Shown: piece after piece, positions 59,507 to 64,000 of the stretch
How the letters are laid out: each line of letters begins with the position of its first letter
Numbering within the stretch: the first letter of the stretch is position 1
Position numbers and translations under genes: made by a program
Notes under the pieces: generated by a model
Told to the model about the DNA's origin: nothing
Databases searched by the model: none
Seen by the model: the letters and a program-made list of their open reading frames with translations, nothing else
Assembly (NCBI GenBank): GCA_030390025.1
Contig: CM059431.1
Location: 119,476,001 to 119,540,000 of the forward strand
Origin: Squalus acanthias
Lineage: Eukaryota
Direction: 5' to 3'
Length of the DNA stretch: 64,000 nt

Positions 59507-60894
59507 TCATCAACAGTTATTTGAAGCCTATAAGCTGCATTGAATTAGTAAAAATAAGACAGTGGAAGAAATATCTCCAAACCTTTTTTCTGCACTTGCT
59601 CTCTGAGCACTTTGGTCTGGGTCTCAGACCTGAAATGCTTAGTTATAATTCTGAGTTAATCATAATTGCTCACATGTGCAATGTTTTTAGATTTAAGGTA
59701 ATAGCGAAACAGTGCAGTTCTTGTTTCCATTTTAACATTACAGTACATATAGCCATGAGTAAAAATGCATAAAGACAGTGTTTATACTATGTTGTATGGC
59801 ATGTCTGAATGGTTGGCAGCACAATGTGCTCTCACACATAGCCTACTCGTTTTGTGTTTTAATAAACAACATTTGTTAAACAGGAAGGAAAGAATAATTA
59901 TATCAAATATAAAGGTGCGACTATGTGATCAAAGCCTGCCCTGCAGCAGACAGAGAAACACACATTACAATTAGATTAGGTATAATTCAATGAATAGCAA
60001 TCCAGTTGTTTGTGGTTACCGCATGTTTATCCATTAGGCATGGAAAATATTCCGGGTGTGAACTCAAGTAATAGTGATGGAGTTTTAAATGCATTATGTA
60101 AGGCCAGCCATAGATGGGATACTTTCAATTGCCAGATGAAGCTCATCTTCTGCTGTTGTATTTATTCCATCAAATTATTACCACACACCATTTATTTAAT
60201 TTTAAAGCAGTTTTGTGGAAATTCACATGCATGGAGATTCAGTAGGACCTAATCGTGCTGAGCCAGACAAATGCTTTTGATGTGGGGTAGCCATGCATAT
60301 TGTCATAATCAAAAAACAATTCCATGGCATAGAAAGAAATGCAGTCAGTTATTCAACAGTAATCTTATTAGCGATGAAAGTTGTTGTCATGTAATAGGCT
60401 AAGCAGGCAAGTAATACAATTTGCTACAAAAATCTATTACAAGCATGTCCAAGGAGAACAATATTTTTGAATAGAAATGCTTTCAATATACATGGTTTTT
60501 ATCCATAAGAATATGGGAATGCACAAGACTGTATGGACCATTGTGGTGCACCAGCCAGTCCCATAAAGAATGTTAAAACAAAATTAGGTTGTCGTACAAA
60601 AGAAGAGAACGTCCAGCTTTTCTGAGCCACATGCAGCCTACTGATGATCTGAAATGCAATTTAAAAGGGTTGAGTTTATCTTCAGACTCTCATTATGTTG
60701 AATTGGATTGAAAGCCTTTTGTTCTTGGATTGGATCTTGGCATTCCAGTGCAATTAAAACATTTAGCACTATTGGACATAATCCCACTCTAATAAATTTA
60801 ATAATAAAGGCAGTTTTTTAAATTAGAAATATATTTTTATGAGGTTTTTAATCCAACTGTAAAACAATCCAATAATTTATTAATCTTCTCCCTC

Positions 60895-61325
60895 TAGAAT
60901 CATAGAATAGTATAGCACAGAAGGAGGCCATTCCCATCGAGTCTGCGCCGGCTCTTTCGAAAAGCAATCCAGTTAGTCCCTCTCCACCGCTCTTTCCCCA
61001 TATCTCTCCAATTTTTTCTCCTTCAAGTATTTATTGAATTCCCTTTTGAAGACTACTATTGAATCTCTATCCACCACCCTATCAGGCAGTGCATTCCAAA
61101 TCTTAATCGCTCGTTGCGTAAAAAGCTTGTCCTCATGTCGCCTCTGATTCTTTTGCCAATCACCTTAATCTGTGCCCTCCCGTTATCGACCTTCAGCCAT
61201 TGGAAACAGTTTCTCTTTATTGACTCTACCTAAACCCTTCATGATTTTAAACACCTCTATCAAATTTCTTCTTAGCCTTCTCTGCTCCAAGAAGAACAAC
61301 CCCAGCTTCTCTAGTCTAGTCACGT
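60895..61325 (-). mobile_element. CR1 LINE 3' end
   Basis: TAGAATCATAGAAT tail and a degenerate TQRAIKIWNALP-type C-terminus. Confidence 0.75.
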
Positions 61326-62448
61326 GACTGTAATTTCACACGTGCTGAGTAATGAGTCTCTGTCCCTTGCCATTGTGAAGAGACAATTTTCAGAAGCCAC
61401 ACATTCCGATATGTGGAGGAGAAAAAATAATCTACCAATCAGGATTGCACTATAAAATGGAAAGTTGGTGCATCCCTATCACTATTCCCTCAACTTTGGA
61501 CAACAATTCTCATTCTGAACAGCCTCAGCAGAGAAACTAATTCCATGGATATTCTGCTACACATCAGGCTTATGGTTAATAAGGTTTAGTGCCCAAAGAA
61601 CAAGTCTGCGTGGCCAAATAACTGGGACAATATCTGGGTCTAAGCACCACTAAGTGTTTTTATTCTTTTGCTTGCACCAGAAATACATTTATTTGCAATA
61701 ACAGAGCCTTTAGAAAGGGGTCCTCTTTTACGTAATAGCTTAGCTAAAAACAAAAATGAGTACCAAACCTCCTAATTTTGAAGGACACTTTTAAAGGGAC
61801 AATGTTTTAATAACATTAAATGGCAATCCATTGAGAAGTGGCAAAATCCAGAACATTATTTTTCATATTGATGATGACTTACGCAGTGTCAAGTTTCAGC
61901 ATAATTAATCTCATTATATTATGTGTTTATAGACATAAATATTTGCTGAACACACTTTTATGAAGATGGTAGGGGAAAAATACAAGATTGTTGTGCCTGA
62001 TTTTTGGCCATTAAATAATAGTTCAGGGGATGAATTTGGGCTGCGACCTCCCGCACCTGATTTCCCCTGGAACTCCCCAGTTGTTCTGGGTCTTGAGTGG
62101 CCTAACCAGCGGTCCTTAAAGGGACCGCTGGGGACGCATCATAGAAAGGTAAGAACACTTTTAAATAGTTTTATTTCTGTGGAGCCAGGTTCTACAGTAG
62201 AACCCCAGAGTGTCATAATTTTCCTTTTAGGACCCTTTCTTCTGGGGAGGAGGGGTGCTGGTCTACAGAAGTTTCCATAGGAAAAATGAATTAAGGGCAA
62301 GTAAATAACACATGTGGAAATCTATTATTTTTTGCTTTGCTTTCTGCTTTAAAAGGTACAGCACAACATTCAATAATGACTAGGAGAACACAGAAATGAA
62401 AGGGATACTAAAAGTACAAGCAAAAAAAGCTCCAGTAATACCACCATG

Positions 62449-63127
62449 AGGGTCAGCAAAATTCGGTTGCTTTGTGCCTCCCGTTAGTGCCCCAAGGGGG
62501 TGCTAACGGGATGCAAAGCAACTAGTGCCCTGGCGCAGCGCCGCTAATGCCTTCAGCGGGAGGTTAGCGGCGGCGGTAGCCGGTAGAGTGTGCCTCCGGC
62601 GATGACGTAATCGTCGTGCACGGCGCCCAGCTGGCACCCTGGCTGCAAACTTGGATCACGCACCCTGATGTACCGCCGGACGCTATGTCCGACAGGGTCA
62701 GGGGGGCGTACTTGCGGCCAGGGTGGCGATATTTAAAGAGCAGGTGCTGGGCAGCCAATTTTTTTGTGGGCCGCCTGCCAGCACCTGCCCCCTCTGCCCT
62801 GCTCCACGCTCCGTCAGCCCGGCACTCCTCTTGAATGCCGTGTTCTTTTGCCAGCACCCCACTCCCTGGTGGGCCCAGCAGGGCCCCGCCTCACGCTGCG
62901 CAAGGCCCCTCCCATTATTAAAAGGAGGGAGGCCTGCAGTACCGCGGCGCTATGTACCGGCGCGTGTGGCGCTGCAGCACGTAGCGGTGCGATATTGAAC
63001 TGGAGTGCCCCAAGAGGGAAGGGGAGCGCTTTCAGAAGCGCCCCGCCTCCTGCTTGGGGCGCTACCATTCAATTTCGGGTGCAGGGGCCACTAACTTTTT
63101 CAGGGCGCGACCCAACCTTTCCCCCCT
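62449..63127. mobile_element. Probable GC-rich non-autonomous DNA element
   Basis: CpG-rich block with GGG.../...CCC ends and subterminal palindromes, set in AT-rich flanks. TIRs weak. Confidence 0.4.
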
Positions 63128-64000
63128 AATGTCTAAACACACAAATGCTGAGGTGCAGAATGTTATTTTCCTGAAGCATAGGATCACAAAAATGTTTGGA
63201 ATAAGAAAAGGTCATTTGGCTCTTCCTGCAGACCATATATGATTACTGTATCCTTCTCTCACATTCTCAAGCTGAGTCATCCTGGGTAATACTTCTATGA
63301 AGATTAAAGTCTGTGAAATTTCTTGATCACTCACTGAAACAAAAACCTTCAAGACTTGATTGAAATGTTAAAACTGGCCTGTAGTATTTAACGTTCAACA
63401 ATTGAATTCTACAGATGATGGACTGTACATTCTCAGTAGCGCATAACTATTGTGTTTTTTATAGTATTTGATCATCTATGATTTTTCAATCTTGTTTTTA
63501 ATCAGATATTTATCCAGCTCTTTTTTTTAAAGGAGCTAATAAGCCAACATCACATTAATTCCTGTGCTGGGACTCGATACTATTGTAAAGAAAAAATTTG
63601 ATTTTATTCTCACTTGAGGCTAACTTTTTTTTCTCACCAATCATTTTCACTTACCTCTCTTGAAGACACCTGGGGCAATTTATGGTGACTCTGCGCCTAG
63701 CATTGAGTCTCACTCAGTGGGTACACAGATTCGAAAATTGGGTGCAGAGATCAACGTGGCCAATTTGCAACCCTGCTGATTTTTTGGTCATTCATTTTAA
63801 TGATTGGAAAACCAGGAGTGGTGCAAATTTGATGTGCTCACCTCTGTGCCCAATTCTCCAATCTGCTCTCTTGCCAAGTGAGACGCCACTCCAGAAGTGG
63901 AGTACCTGACAATTTACCTATTTGAGTTTCACTGGTGCAGGTATCTCATCCAAGGGGCCATTGTAAATCTTGATGGTGTGTGTTGGCAAGGTATTTGACC

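Overview
Repeat-dense vertebrate genomic DNA, most likely from a shark or other cartilaginous fish (inferred from a DeuSINE, CR1/L2/Tx1 LINEs, a Penelope remnant and many Harbinger elements/MITEs). No host gene is firmly identifiable; there is one candidate exon. The main feature is two young, intact copies of an unusual LTR element (family A: 7753-16999 minus strand; 38075-47426 plus strand). Each has ~1.6 kb LTRs, a 4-bp TSD, a PBS and a PPT, but no protease, RT, RNase H or integrase. Each encodes (i) a Gag with a CCHC knuckle and overlapping PSAP/PPSY late domains; (ii) an unknown ORF-X in the pol position, in frame with gag behind a single UGA-CUAG readthrough-type stop and a stem-loop; and (iii) a 783-aa envelope made of an N-terminal Ig-like domain plus a paramyxo/pneumovirus-F-like (lokiretrovirus-like) fusion protein. 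A decayed, divergent relative (family B, 27831-49114, TSD GGGT, tRNA-Lys PBS) has homologous gag and env plus an integrase remnant. Together these suggest a helper-dependent enveloped retroelement system. The middle of the window is a five-level nest: SINE > Tx1 LINE > LTR element B > Harbinger MITE > element A2. All identities and alignments were judged by eye; no database searches were run.
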